Shown here: piece after piece, positions 25,861 to 39,637 of the stretch | Layout: the number at the start of each line of letters is the position of its first letter | How positions within the stretch are numbered: position 1 is the stretch's first letter | Assembly (NCBI GenBank): GCA_951406725.2 | Contig: OX597825.1 | Span: 15,562,001-15,626,000, forward strand | From: Octopus vulgaris | Taxonomy: Eukaryota | DNA length: 64,000 nt | Reading direction: 5' to 3' | The notes under the pieces: generated by a model | The model's input: the letters and a program-made list of their open reading frames with translations, nothing else | What the model was told of the DNA's origin: nothing | The model's database searches: none | Program-made: the position numbers and the translations under genes

Positions 25861-26586
25861 AATTATTCAGCCGTCTATATCATGATAACAGCATGGTGTA
25901 CAAATATTCGTTAGTGAAACACGTGTAATATATGCTGTTATAATAAAAAAAATTACCGAATCTCCGAATTTACTCTGTTTTGAGATATATTCTCTGTAAT
26001 TTATTCAAGTGTGTATAATTTAAAAGTAATATTTCAGGACAAATAAAATGCTGATGAATACGTTAGCTACATAATTGAAACTTTTCCTATTTTTAAAATA
26101 AATATTTAATGCCAATGAAACTACTCTCCACTGGACGAATAACAGTAAGAACGTATATATCATTAACAGAAAAGATGTTAACATCGAAATATAGAATTAC
26201 AGTATTATTATACCGTAATATATTCGATAGCTGTTTCATAAAGTTATCATTAATTAATATGGTTCTTATTCCACCTGCTATATATGATATCATTAAATCA
26301 AAAATACTATTCGAGAATATAAGTATGTAAATATGAGAATTACTATAATAATCAAAAACAAGTTTTATCAGAATTCTTTGTTTTTTCCTTTTGCTCAGTT
26401 TAATGGATATGAAACTTTTGCAAAAAAAAAAATTATATTGGTTTCACAATGTTATTAGAATATAAGCGTAGGCATTGCTCGTTGGTGATAAATATCGTAT
26501 TACAATAATGTGGTTTCGGATTCCATTTCACTGCGCAGCACCTTGGGTGAATATCTCCTATAATAGCCCTCGGCCACCCAATACTT

Positions 26587-26952
26587 TGTAGTGACGCTAC
26601 TGTGGAAGTTTCAGCGCGCATGCTCAGGAACTGCAACTTGAGAGCGTAAGCGCTAAATCGGTCATTTTAGCAGAGCAGCCCTAACGAACGGACGTGACTA
26701 AAACTTCTCTCAGGGAAAAACCCTACGCATAAAGAAGCTCTCTTCGGCGCGGAAACGGAAGTCCTGTGGACTTGGCTGCCGGTTCGCCCTTAAGAAATAT
26801 ATATGCATATATTTTACCTGTGAATCCGAAGAATAAAGTACTATTTATTGTTTTCGAAGACAGCCGGATTTTTGGTTCCTTTTCTTCGACTTGTATGTGA
26901 CAAGATAAGACTAGACACCCCTCCAGTGTTTCTGAACCCTCATCTTGTTACA
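26587..26952 (+). mobile_element. Solo LTR inserted into a SINE family A copy
   Basis: Begins TGTAG, ends TTACA, 4-bp TSD ACTT (26583-26586, 26953-26956), internal AATAAA at ~26832. SINE sequence is continuous across the insertion. Confidence 0.75.
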
Positions 26953-27214
26953 ACTTTTTAAGTGTCTTGGTAAAGAGAAACTATGTAGAAGCCGCTTGTT
27001 AAACTAACCCGTTTGTTGTTTGTCAACCTGTCTTCGTCTTTTGTCTTTTTGTAAATTCCAACTATATACTGCATGCTCACGTTGTCGCACCAATTTTATT
27101 CTGTTTCTACCTCCCACACTTCGGACTTACACGTGGATTTTCTGCACCTCTCCTTGTCTACACATGGATTTCACTGGACTCTTGCGTTGATGAGAAATCA
27201 CTCCAATACACCAC

Positions 27215-27394
27215 GACGTGTGGTAAGAAACTTGCTTCCCAACCAACTTATTCCGGGTTCAGTCCTACTACATGGTAGCTTGGGCAGGTATCATCTACTA
27301 TGGCCTCGGGCCGACCCGACCGAAGCCTTGTGAGTAAATTTTGCAGACAGAAACTGAAAGAAGCCACACACATACACATATATATATATAAATA

Positions 27395-27426
<32 letters not shown>

Positions 27427-27806
27427 CGTAAATATAAGAGAGTTAACGTTAAATAGGTTAACTCTAGTGCTAGAAATAGCTCCTCCGGTTGATGGTTTAT
27501 AGATATATATGTGAGTATAATTTGCATATTATATTGATAAAGAAACAATTGTACAACATTAATCTACTTTTTAGTTGTATTTCACTTTTCTTACGTTGAG
27601 GGTAGTGGTATTTCTATGTGGAGGTATCATCAGCGATTATACCAGAGGAGCTATTTCTAGCACTAGAGTTAACCTATTTAACGTTAACTCTCTTATATTT
27701 ACGGATAAATACGTATCGTCTCCCTGGTTTGCTATGTGCTAGGTCGCTTGGTGTTAAAATAAGGGTATTATTAAATTAATATCTAATTTTTCCCCCTCAT
27801 TTTTGA

Positions 27807-27855
<49 letters not shown>

Positions 27856-28090
27856 TATATGCATATGTATACCGCTGTGTGTGTGACTTAGTGTTTGTCT
27901 CCCACCAAAGTCAGTATGTGTTTATGTCCCTGTAAGTTAGCTGTTCGGTTTGACAAAAGATTCCGATAGAATAAGTGCCAAGCGTTAAAGGAAAATAAGT
28001 TTAAGTTTGAGACATTTGTCTTACAAAATTCTTCTAGACGATGCTCCAGTGTGGCCGCTGTCCAATGACCGAGACAGGTAAACAGATAGT
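27215..28090 (+). mobile_element. SINE family A split by an insertion into its central (TA)n tract
   Basis: 5' half 27215-27370, 3' half ~27870-28090. Confidence 0.75.
27427..27808. mobile_element. (TA)n-embedded insert with 63-bp inverted repeat
   Basis: Arms 27427-27489 / 27641-27703 (1 mismatch). Minus-strand CTGATGA-TA cctccaca TA-GAAA at 27611-27633 lies in the spacer. Confidence 0.7.
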
Positions 28091-28349
28091 GAAACAGGAA
28101 AGGAACTTTTAGTCCAGACATTATTTATATCGCCACGTCAACAGGAAGTGAACGACAGGAAGTTTTAGTTGCTGAAGAAATTGATAAACTGTTTATGGAA
28201 TTAAAAATTAGTTAAAATTTAGTTGATATGGTCAGCGTAATTACATATGGCGAAAGAGAGCTGCACATTACTGAAGCGGCCTTACTGATTACGAATAGGA
28301 TATGGATTACTGATGGCAAGAGATTATCAGGCAGTCTGGCACTTGGTTA

Positions 28350-28481
28350 GAAGAAGAAGCAGAAGAAGAAGAAGAAGAAGAAGAAGAAGAAGAAGAAGAA
28401 GAAGAAGAAGAAGAAAAAGAAGAAGAAGAAGAAGGACGAGGAGGAGAAGGAGAAGAAAAAGAAAATGAAGAAGGAGATGAA

Positions 28482-28541
<60 letters not shown>

Positions 28542-28721
28542 AAAGAGGAAGAAGAAGAAGACGATGATAATGATGCAGATGATGATGATGATGAAGAAGA
28601 AGAAGGAGAAGAAGAAGAAAAGAAAGAAGAAGAAGAAGAAGAAGGAGAAGAAGATGATGATGATGATGATGATGATGAAGAAGAAGAAGAAGAAGAAGAA
28701 GAAGAAAAAGAAAAAGAAAAA

Positions 28722-28753
<32 letters not shown>

Positions 28754-28772
28754 AGAAAAAGAAAAAGAAAAA

Positions 28773-28807
<35 letters not shown>

Positions 28808-28848
28808 AGAAGAAGAAGAAAAAGAAGAAGAAGGAAAAGAGGAAGTAG
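28350..28848. repeat. Compound (GAA)n/(TAG)n/(GAT)n microsatellite
   Basis: Directly visible. Confidence 0.95.
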
Positions 28849-28877
28849 ATTAAAACAAGAAGAAGAATTCATTTTAA

Positions 28878-29259
28878 TCTCTCTCTATGTAAACGGCAGT
28901 TTGTCTGTGCGTTTTCTGTGTGTCTGTTTTCTCGTACCCTCACTCTGACCACGGCTTTCAACCGATTCTGATGAAACTTGACACACACATAGCCCAATGT
29001 CATAATTCAAAACTAACGCAGCGAAAATTTTGAAAAGTTCCCCAGTTCTGAAAAAAATCGATAAATTCGACATGGGGTCGAGAATCAGAAACCCAAACCA
29101 CGGACCGTCTAGGGGACGCAACTCCACCTTTTTTCACTCTCAAAAAAATTTACCATCATTTTTTTTCCATTTTTTTGCTATTTTTTGGCTATAACTCTCT
29201 AAAAATGCTTTATAGTTATTTCCCTTACAAACCTGAGCAACGCCGGGCGATACTGCTAG
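28878..29259 (+). mobile_element. Non-autonomous Helitron
   Basis: 5' TC, 3' CTAG, inserted between A and T, subterminal hairpin CCTGAGCAACGCCGGG; 3' ~110 bp shared with 60390-60785. Confidence 0.8.
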
Positions 29260-29426
29260 TATTTGATAAGATGAAAACATCGTAACCGGTTTTATCTTAA
29301 ACCACTTGCTGTAACAAAACTATTAAACATTCTCCAAAGTATACTTTTATGCTTTTTTTCCAACTTAATTTATGTCTTTAACCATAATATTTGATTTGTA
29401 TGGAATCTTAACTCCTCCGCTGAAAA

Positions 29427-29611
29427 CTACAAGTCTTTTTTCATTCTCTCTCTGTTTATTTTTCTCTTATTTCTTTCTGTTGAAGAGCGTAGGCTCAAAA
29501 CATAAGAGACTTTTACATGTTTCCCATGCGTCAAACTGATACATTGGCTTTTTTGTTCATACACGTGTCTTCATTTTTTTGTTTCTCTATTTTAGATAGA
29601 GAATTTTATAT
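29427..29611 (+). mobile_element. HH-A family copy 2 (diverged)
   Basis: 29473-29508: CTTT-CTGTTGA-A-GAGC gtag GCTC-aAAA-Ca-TA-AgAG. Confidence 0.7.
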
Positions 29612-29655
29612 AGATGGATATAGACGTATATCTGTCTATCTATTTATCTACATAA

Positions 29656-29686
<31 letters not shown>

Positions 29687-29718
29687 CGTGTGTAGATAAA
29701 TAGATAGATAGGTAGATA

Positions 29719-30070
29719 TACCAAGGACTCCAAATTTGCCATCAAGATGTAGGACAAGATACTGTGATAGCCTGGGCTTCCGAGGCCCACAGCTCTTCAA
29801 TATCCTCCCGAAGAACCTGAGAGACCTGCATGGGGTGGATGCAGATGTCTTTAAAATAAAACTGGTTCTCTTCCAGTCAGGTGTCCCAGATGAACCAACT
29901 TCACGGCAGGAGGTGCAGATGAAGGCAGCTGCATCGAACTCTCTCATGCACCAAATGGCAGTTGCTAAAAAGCATTCGTGAAGTAAAATCAAGTAGCAAC
30001 ACCAAATGGCGGTGCCCCAGCATGGCCACAGCTCATGAGCTGAAACTAGATAAAATGAAATAAATAAATA
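29719..30070 (+). mobile_element. 3' end of a CR1/Jockey-group LINE
   Basis: SLGFRGPQLFNILPKNLRDL..FKIKL..VPDEP..AAASNSLMHQ, stop at 29981, short 3' UTR with stem-loop and A-rich tail. Confidence 0.8.
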
Positions 30071-30097
30071 TAAAATACATCTATCCGCGATAGAGAT

Positions 30098-30325
30098 ATA
30101 CATCTATCCGAGGTTTATCCGGGAATTTTTGAAAGGATTTGTCCAAAGACTTCTTGAACTTTCTGGGGCTTGTCTCTGCCTTAATGTGTTTTGGTGTAAT
30201 GTTCAAGAGACCGGGGCTAATGGAGGTGAAATAATTGTGCCGTATTATTGTTATGTGATGCGAATATGATTTTCGTTGTGGGCGGATACCACAGGGCCCA
30301 GGTCTTGGGTGTATCTTAAACGTGC
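30098..30325 (-). mobile_element. Second CR1/Jockey-group LINE ORF2 C-terminal fragment
   Basis: Minus strand: RHNYFTSISPGLLNITPKHIK..FKKSLDKSFQKFPDKP, homologous to the adjacent plus-strand fragment. Confidence 0.65.
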
Positions 30326-31110
30326 ACCTGTTTTTGGCAACCAGGATTTGATGGGGGCTGGGGTTGAGCTAACGTACAGGACATGAATTTGATCCATACA
30401 AACAAACCATTTATGCAAGTCATCTGGCTAAACAAAACTGAGTATTCCCATTATATCCCCCACCGGGGAGTGCATCGTGTGTGTGTGTTTGTGTGTGTGT
30501 AAATCTAGTAACATGTGTATTCATCCATATATATATATATATATAAGTTCAATATACTATTACTTCAATTTAGTTGGCGATCTATTTTAAAAGTGTAATT
30601 AGAACATGTCTACACCAACTTACGCGATGTTGATTTGCATGGAGACATGCAGAGCCGTCTGTCATGTAAATTAACCGGCAAAAGCTTGTGGATATAGATA
30701 GATACTTTTCCTTTATATATATATATATCGATAGATACTTTCATATATATATACATATATATATACATATATGTTTGTAAATATTTACATATGTGTTTAT
30801 AAATTTATGTACGTTTTTGTCTAAAACTCTGTGCGAGTGCGCGTGCCAATTCCCTGTTGAGCACAGGAGAAAAGTTTTGAAGGAAAACTTGTGCACGTAT
30901 GCACAAGAGTGTGTATGCATACACGTATGTTTATATATATGAATACACACCTATATATATTTATATACATATATGTACATTATGCATATATATACATATA
31001 GATATGTATATGTATGTGTATATTCACATATAAAAATAAATAAATATGTATGAACATATATATTTATATATATATATATTTATACATATCTATATATACA
31101 TATATGCGTG

Positions 31111-31187
<77 letters not shown>

Positions 31188-31978
31188 CTTCAGTATTTGT
31201 TTTTGTGTCATATCTTAATTATCTTTGCCTCACTAGTCATTATAACTCACCATTTAGACTCCCATTAAAATGTATTGCTTGAGAACAGATACTTGACAAG
31301 ACGCAACTCTGCTACTGCCACCTCCACTGATAGAACAGGAAGAACGGTGGACCAGGTTATCACGACGTTGTTGTCTCTCTTGCAGTAGAAGCAGTTGTTT
31401 TAGCCATTGTTGTTATAGTTTTTCTAGTTTGTTATAGTTTTTTAAGTTGTTTTTTCTTTAGTTGAGTTTTTTTTTTTGTATGTGTATATTATTTGTGTTA
31501 GATTTGTTTCCATCAATCTTCATTCTTGAGTGGATTTCCTTTCAATTATTATTCCGCTTTCCTCTCCTGAATGTTCATTATCAGGAGAATAACATTATTA
31601 TTTCTGCTTTTGCCGTCTTAATTTGTTTACTTAATTGTTCTATTCAGCTGTGTATTTATGAGAAATTTCCCTGCGTGATTAACATGTGTGACGTGTGGAC
31701 TTGTGCGTTCTGTATGCGTATTTCTCTGGGTGTGAGTCGTTGTGTGTCTATATGTATAGATGTATGTATGTGAGATGGTGTGTATATGCTTGTGTTCGCG
31801 CGAGTATTTGTGTGCATGTGCATTCTATTGTAACTTTTGTTTCATATTCATTCTACCATACTTAAATGCCATTTTCAGTCAATACGTGGAACTTGAAAAT
31901 ATATCATTCAGACGGTTTCTGATGTGCGCCCCACAACAACATAACATACATTATATATATATATACACACACATATGA

Positions 31979-32020
<42 letters not shown>

Positions 32021-32459
32021 ATATATATACATATATACATACGCATATATCTATATATATATGTATGTATGTATATATATATATATATATATATACATAC
32101 ATACATACACATATATCTATGTATACATACTCATCTATCTGTATATATATATATGTATATATATGTACACTTACACTGGCGCACACACACACATACACAC
32201 ACACATACTTACATATATATATATGAATGATTAGCACTAGCACTGGAGGCCACAATGATGTTGTGGACTCAAGAGTCAAGAACACCAAGAGAGTAAATAT
32301 TTATTTATAAATATAATCAGCGACAGATTTCTAAATATTTCAAACTCAGTGTCTGGTCGAACTAATGGTTTGACAGAATCATAAATTGGAAATAGCCTAT
32401 TTGGAATATAATGGCATAAGTATCAATACTGAGTTGGAGCACGTTTTATTGTAACGTTG

Positions 32460-32506
32460 AGTCCAACAAAAAGTGTTTTATTTCGCTTCAAAACTCGTAA
32501 GAGATT
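32460..32506 (-). ncRNA. Degenerate type I hammerhead
   Basis: AATCT-[CTTACGA]-GTTT tg AAGC-[GAAA]-TAAAA cact TTTTG-TT-GGACT. All three stems can be drawn; G5 is mutated. Confidence 0.5.
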
Positions 32507-32652
32507 AACTAAGGTAGGGTTACATATTAAGTAACGAATGGCAGGGTAAAAGGTTTTTCTTCTAATATTGATGTTACTAAACTGGAACGGAGAAAAGAGT
32601 GAAACTAGTAATAAAAGAATTAAAATGCTTTTCGATAATCTATATATATATA

Positions 32653-33180
<528 letters not shown>

Positions 33181-33181
33181 G

Positions 33182-33252
<71 letters not shown>

Positions 33253-34651
33253 GGCGGTGCCTCAGCATGGCCACAGCTCATTAGCTGAAACTGGAAAAAT
33301 CAAAAAAAAAAAAATATTCAACCTAGTGTCATTACCTTAAGCTTCACGAAATTAAGAACTTTCAAACGGGTACTACTCATCTAAATATTTACATGAGTAT
33401 GGAAGATCTCTCCTTCCCAATTGCAGCTGCTCTTAATTGACATTTGGTAATTACGCGATAATTCAATAAATTAAGAATTAATGCTGTGTAGTACTGGATA
33501 TACCTGCATTTTCTCTCTCTCTTTCTCTCTCTTCCTCTCTTTCTCTCTCTTCCTCTCTTTCTCTCTTTCTCTCATATGTGTGTGTATGTGTATTGGGTGT
33601 ATGTGTATTGTGTATATATGTGTTATGTATGTGTGTGTCTGTGTGAATGTGAGGTACGTGGCCTAGAGGTTAGGGTTTCAATTCCTAGACCGGGTGGTGC
33701 GTTGTGTTCTTGAGCAGAACACTTCATCTCACGTTTCTCTGCGATCTCTTCGACACCTGATACCTGGCACCCCGTGTACCTATTCAGATAACGACAATTT
33801 ATGAAGAGAATGAGCTAATATGCAACACACACATTTCCAACAGAAAAGTTCATAGTACACATAATTGTGCTTCTGTGTTTGTATACATGAGTGTGTTTTA
33901 GTGTTCAGAAGATATTGGCCAACTTTTGGTTATTGTAAAATATATATGTAGATGGAGAGGAGAACATAATCTAGCTCAGGTGGTGAAAATAAATTATTAA
34001 TTCTATCAGATATATTATCTTCCTTTTTCTTTCTTTCATATAAAAATCTATAATTCAAACACAGAGAATTTACAACGGAACAAGATTCTGTTTTACAAAC
34101 CTTTATAAATCATTGGAAAGTGAAAAGCCTTAATGTCTCAAACAGAGAACATACCGAGTCAGGAAAATATCTTTAAATGATACAAAAGAGATGAGGCAAG
34201 AAAATGAGAGAAATAAGTATTCACTTCTAAAAAAATGTAATTTTTCAAATTAATATTTAATATTTCAAATTCAAAATGTTTTGTATACGGTATTTCTATG
34301 TTTTATTACTACGATGCGTCGAAAACAGGCACACTCAGTGGTAGATTTCAATTACCAATGGAAGGAAATATTTGTCGTTGTTGTATCATGGAATGTGACA
34401 TGTTGGGGTACAGAATCAGAAGGTTTTATGGGGTAGTACAGACACTGATACAAAGTCACACGAACTCATACATAAACACACACAGGCGCGCGCGTATATA
34501 TATATATATATATATTAAGGTATGTAGAAAAATACAACATGGACAAGAACGTATAACTCTTAGAAGACGACACAATAAACACGGACAGGACATTCGAAAC
34601 CCTCAGTCTTCAGTCAAGAACCGGATCATCGTAGTAATTTCGGCTGATTAA

Positions 34652-34700
<49 letters not shown>

Positions 34701-34779
34701 CATCCACAACCACACACGCAAACACACACACACAGACCTGCGTGCACGCACATACCTACACATACACACACATACCTCC

Positions 34780-35035
34780 TTCTCTTGCACTCTGCTGCCT
34801 TAGACTGAACTTTTTCTTCACCCATTCCCTTCAGGTCATTTCAATGTGACCGCGTGTTTATCGTTGGCGATTTTCTTTCTCCGTCTTCCCTTCTTTGGAC
34901 TTTTTCTATATATCTGATGAAGAGCTCCGCTCGAAGCAGAGAATCCTCATCCTTCTGTTTCCTTTCCTGAGCGTCCAATAACACTGCACTTATTCCAACT
35001 CCTCACGTTGTTGTTTTTTCTTGCTTGTTCATTTT
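34780..35035 (+). mobile_element. Short element related to HH-A with canonical CUGAUGA core
   Basis: 34914-34937: CTGATGA-A-GAGC tcc GCTC-GAAgC; the downstream TTCCTGAGCGT..AATA motif is shared with HH-A. Confidence 0.6.
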
Positions 35036-35045
35036 GGGATTGGGG

Positions 35046-35394
35046 CACAGGCTGTTCCGTTGATCGGATCAACTGGAACCCTCGTCGTCGTACCCGACGG
35101 AGTGCCACGAATTTATCCTTTTCATGTGCACTCGATATCATATATCATGCTATTATATCATTCCATGCTATTTGATACACCGTTACTTTTCTTCCTTGAA
35201 CAACCTTATCCCACTGACCCTGCGAACAATTCCATCTTAGTGCAGTTTATATATATAAACTTTGCCTTAAATCCTCTTCTTCTCATGGTTGGTAAAATAA
35301 GTACCAGTTTCGCACCTTCGTCGAGGCAATCGACTTGGTGGACTTATACATGAAAATATGTTGTCTATTGACTTCTATTACACATGCTAGCTGC

Positions 35395-35429
<35 letters not shown>

Positions 35430-36329
35430 CAGGATGTACTTCGACACAGTTTCTATCTACCACATTCCCTCAGAATGTGCCTTGATCGTGCCAGAGCTAT
35501 ATTAAAAACACACTTCCCCAAAGTGACGCGTAGTGTGACTGGACCCAAAATTCCGCGGTCCAAAGTGAGCTTCTTAACCACGCTGCAATTCCTGCGATTA
35601 TACATACACACACATGCATACATACATACAGACAGACAGGCAGAGAGACAAGCAAACAGGCGGATAGACAGGCAAATAGACAGACGACCAGACAAAAGCA
35701 ATGGAGGTATACTGTTGACAATCCTCATTAGGGTGAAACTGTGCCGTCCAGTGTTCTAGCTTGGCAAGAGTTATTTTTGCTACCTTCAGTAATTCCAGTG
35801 CCTTTAGCACAGCGGGTCTATCACAGACGCTATGTCGGGATGGATACCGCAGTAACTGTCCTATGAACTGCGTATATACGTGAAGTATGATCAATAGATA
35901 GCAATATAGAAATTGAACTAAGAGAAAGTGCTGACAGTGCCAGTAGGATAGAGTTGTTCAAGAAAGAAAAGTAACGGCGTATCAAATTTAGAAAATTTTG
36001 AGACCTGTGGCTAGCTTGGGTAATAGAAGTCAATAGACAACATATTTTCATGTATAAGTCCACGAAGTCGATTGCCTCGACGGTAGTGCGCAACTGGTAC
36101 TTATTTTACCAACCCTGAGAAGAAGAGGATTTAAGGCAGAATTTATATATATAAATTGCACTAAGATGAAATTGCTCGCAGGGTCAGTGGCATAAGGTTG
36201 TTCAAGAAAGTAAAGTAGCGGTGTATCAAATAGTAGGATACCGACTGCACATGAGAAGGATAAATTCGTGGCACTGCGTAGGTTACAACGACGAGGGTTC
36301 CAGTTGATCGATCAACGGAACAGCCTGTG
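35046..36329. repeat. Diverged inverted duplication, ~330-350 bp
   Basis: 35046-35398 vs reverse complement of 36003-36329; includes a SINE family C tail plus flank. Confidence 0.9.
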
Positions 36330-36718
36330 TCCTGAACGTAGTTGTCAGGGAGATTCAGCGTCACACAGACGCTATGTCGGGATGAATACCGCAGTAACTG
36401 TCCTATGAACTGCGTATATACGTGAAGTATGATCAATAGACAGCCTGTGTCCTGAACGTAGTTGTCAGGGAGATTCAGCGTCACACAGAGTGTCACAAGG
36501 CATACCCTTTGAAATACAGATACAACAGAAACAGGAAGAAAGGGTGAGAGAAGGTTGTGGTGAAAGAGTACAGCAGGGTTCAACCCCACCTGGCGGTGCC
36601 TCGTGGGGCTTTAGGTGTTTTCGCTCAATAAACACTGACAACGTCCGGTCTGGGAATCGAAACTGCGATCCTGCGGCCGCGAGTCTACTGCCCTAATCAG
36701 TGGGCCATAGCGCCTCCA
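36270..36718 (-). mobile_element. tRNA-derived SINE family C, with internal rearrangement
   Basis: Minus strand GGAGGCGCTATGGCCCACTGATTAGGGCAGTAGACTCGCGG...GTTTCGATTCCC tRNA-like head. Head also at 39680-39755; tail also at ~6405-6565 and 35046-35108. Confidence 0.85.
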
Positions 36719-37064
36719 CGAAGGAAAAATAAGCATAAGAATCAAGAATGCTCTGGAATTCAGAATGTACAGAATTGTTGTAACTAATGAACAGCTGTGT
36801 ACATGTGTTTCTACATCAACAGACGTCGTTTGAACAGTGGTTGTTCTATCTACAACAGCCGTTAGACTTAGATATATGCAAAAAGAGTACAGCATGTTTC
36901 TTGCTTAGGGCGTTTTGCGTCTATGAAGCAAAGGGAGTGAAGAGAAATAATGCTCTCTGTCTCTCTCTCTCTTTCTCTCTCTCTCTCTTCTCTCTTCCTC
37001 TAGTCTGTCACCCTCGTTATCTCTCGTTCTTTCTCTGGACGTGTTTGTGTGTGCGTGCGCAGGC

Positions 37065-37108
<44 letters not shown>

Positions 37109-37195
37109 TACAGACACTGACAGACATACATACATACATACATACATACATACATACATACGTACAGTCAGGCAGATAGAGAGACATGTAGATAG

Positions 37196-37282
<87 letters not shown>

Positions 37283-37283
37283 T

Positions 37284-37321
<38 letters not shown>

Positions 37322-37393
37322 ATATATATATGTATATGTATATACATATATATATATATGTATGCATATATATATATATATATATATATTTTA

Positions 37394-37437
<44 letters not shown>

Positions 37438-37945
37438 CATATATATATATATATGTACGTGTATGTATATATAAGAGTTGTATATATATTTGTGTGTGCA
37501 CGCGTGTGTGAGATAATGTGTGTGCGTGTGTTTGTGCGCATAGATATATACACATGTAAGGAATATCATTTACTTGGATGTTTGTTTTTATATTCATATG
37601 TTATTGGTTCGGTTTCTTTTCAGCATTATTTCGTTTTCCACGTCACCTCACATTCCTCTCTTTTACTCTTTTCGCTTTTACTTTATTTTTAATTGACTCC
37701 ATTTTCCTCTTAGTTGATCCTATATTCTTGGTCATTTCTATATACATGTGTATGTGTGTGTATGCGTGTGTGTGTGTGTTTGTACGTGAGTGCCAGCCTA
37801 TTTATGTGCATGCCTGTACAAGCGTATATAGAAATGTGTACTATGTACGCACAAATATATTGACATATTCAGGCACACACATCACACAAATACATACACA
37901 CATAAATACATACACACACACATAAATATATACACACACACACAT

Positions 37946-38066
<121 letters not shown>

Positions 38067-38106
38067 TTTTGTTTTCCTGTGCATATACTCATCCGTGTGT
38101 ATGTGA

Positions 38107-38157
<51 letters not shown>

Positions 38158-38192
38158 AGTGAAATGTAGTTACATAGTTATATATATGTGTG

Positions 38193-38229
<37 letters not shown>

Positions 38230-38319
38230 ATATTTACATATAAATGTGTGTATATATATTTATATAACCCGCACAGAGACACACACAAATACAGATATAC
38301 AATCACATAATGCATACGT

Positions 38320-38350
<31 letters not shown>

Positions 38351-38351
38351 C

Positions 38352-38382
<31 letters not shown>

Positions 38383-39251
38383 TGTACATATGTATGTATG
38401 TGTGTATGTATGTATGTATGTATACCTAAACATATATCGCTGGAAGTAATTTCATTTATGGAAATAAAATATTCTCATACAAAATTTTCGATTCACTGAT
38501 ATATCTTATATCTGAAAGGAAATCTTTACTAAGATTTTGATATCGGATAAAATTAAGATACAAACAAACAAACAAACAAACAAACAAACAAACAAGAATA
38601 ACAACAACAAGGGGAAACAATCAAGGAAACACAAGAGAAAAATATTGAGAAATCCGTATTGAATAGCATATAAAAACCACAAAAGGAATCTATGTCATTA
38701 TTTCCATTATATAAAATTCTTCATGAGTTTTTATTTCTTTTTTAAAGAATTCCAATTACCTCTATACAGAACCGGAATAAAAATTAATTTCTACTTCAAA
38801 ACCACAGTATTGTCAACATTCAGATTTTAGTTTAGGCTTCTTTGTAACACATACATGGGCTCTCGTTTTTCTTTTTGTCTTTTTCCTTTCTTTTCCTGCT
38901 TCACTGTCCTTCTCTACTTTTACTTTCTCTACTTCTCTACTTTCACTTTCTCTTTCTCATTTTCTAACTTTGTCTGAGTCTGTCTGACTTTTTCTGAGTA
39001 TATGTGTGAGTGTGTGTGTTTCTGAAGTTTGTCTTGTTTTCTAGTTTTTCTCTCTTCCTTCCTGTCTCCTCTTGGTCGTTTTCCGACATTTTCTCAATCC
39101 GTCTATTTCTCTTCATCACATACACCAATTTCTCCATGTTCCCTTCTTCCTTCCTCGCATTCTCTCTCTATTCCACCTCTCTCTCTCTCTCTTTCTCTCT
39201 CTCCACTCTCTATACACACACACATAGATAGACAAATAGATAGATAGACAA

Positions 39252-39290
<39 letters not shown>

Positions 39291-39338
39291 CAAGGAGAGA
39301 TAGCTCTTTTACTTTCTCTCTCAATGCATATATACACG

Positions 39339-39418
<80 letters not shown>

Positions 39419-39421
<3 letters not shown>

Positions 39422-39601
39422 AGAATTCACAAAAAAAAACAAAGGACGAAGACAGGTGGTGTAGGAAACAAACATATGTATTAGTATAACGGTCGGGAAT
39501 CGAAAAATTCTTTTACGTTTCGAGCCTACGCTCTTCCAAAGAAAGGAACAGAGAAAGAAAGAAGGAGAAAAACAAGGAGAGAAAAAATGTGTGTAGTGGC
39601 T

Positions 39602-39607
<6 letters not shown>
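39419..39607 (-). mobile_element. HH-A family copy 3
   Basis: Minus strand 39510-39545: CTTT-CTTTGGA-A-GAGC gtag GCTC-GAAA-CG-TA-AAAG; (TA)n on both sides. Confidence 0.8.

Positions 39608-39637
<30 letters not shown>

Noticed and set aside
36640-36718. tRNA gene (also 39680-39755)
   Set aside because: tRNA-derived SINE head continuing into SINE body; no complete cloverleaf.
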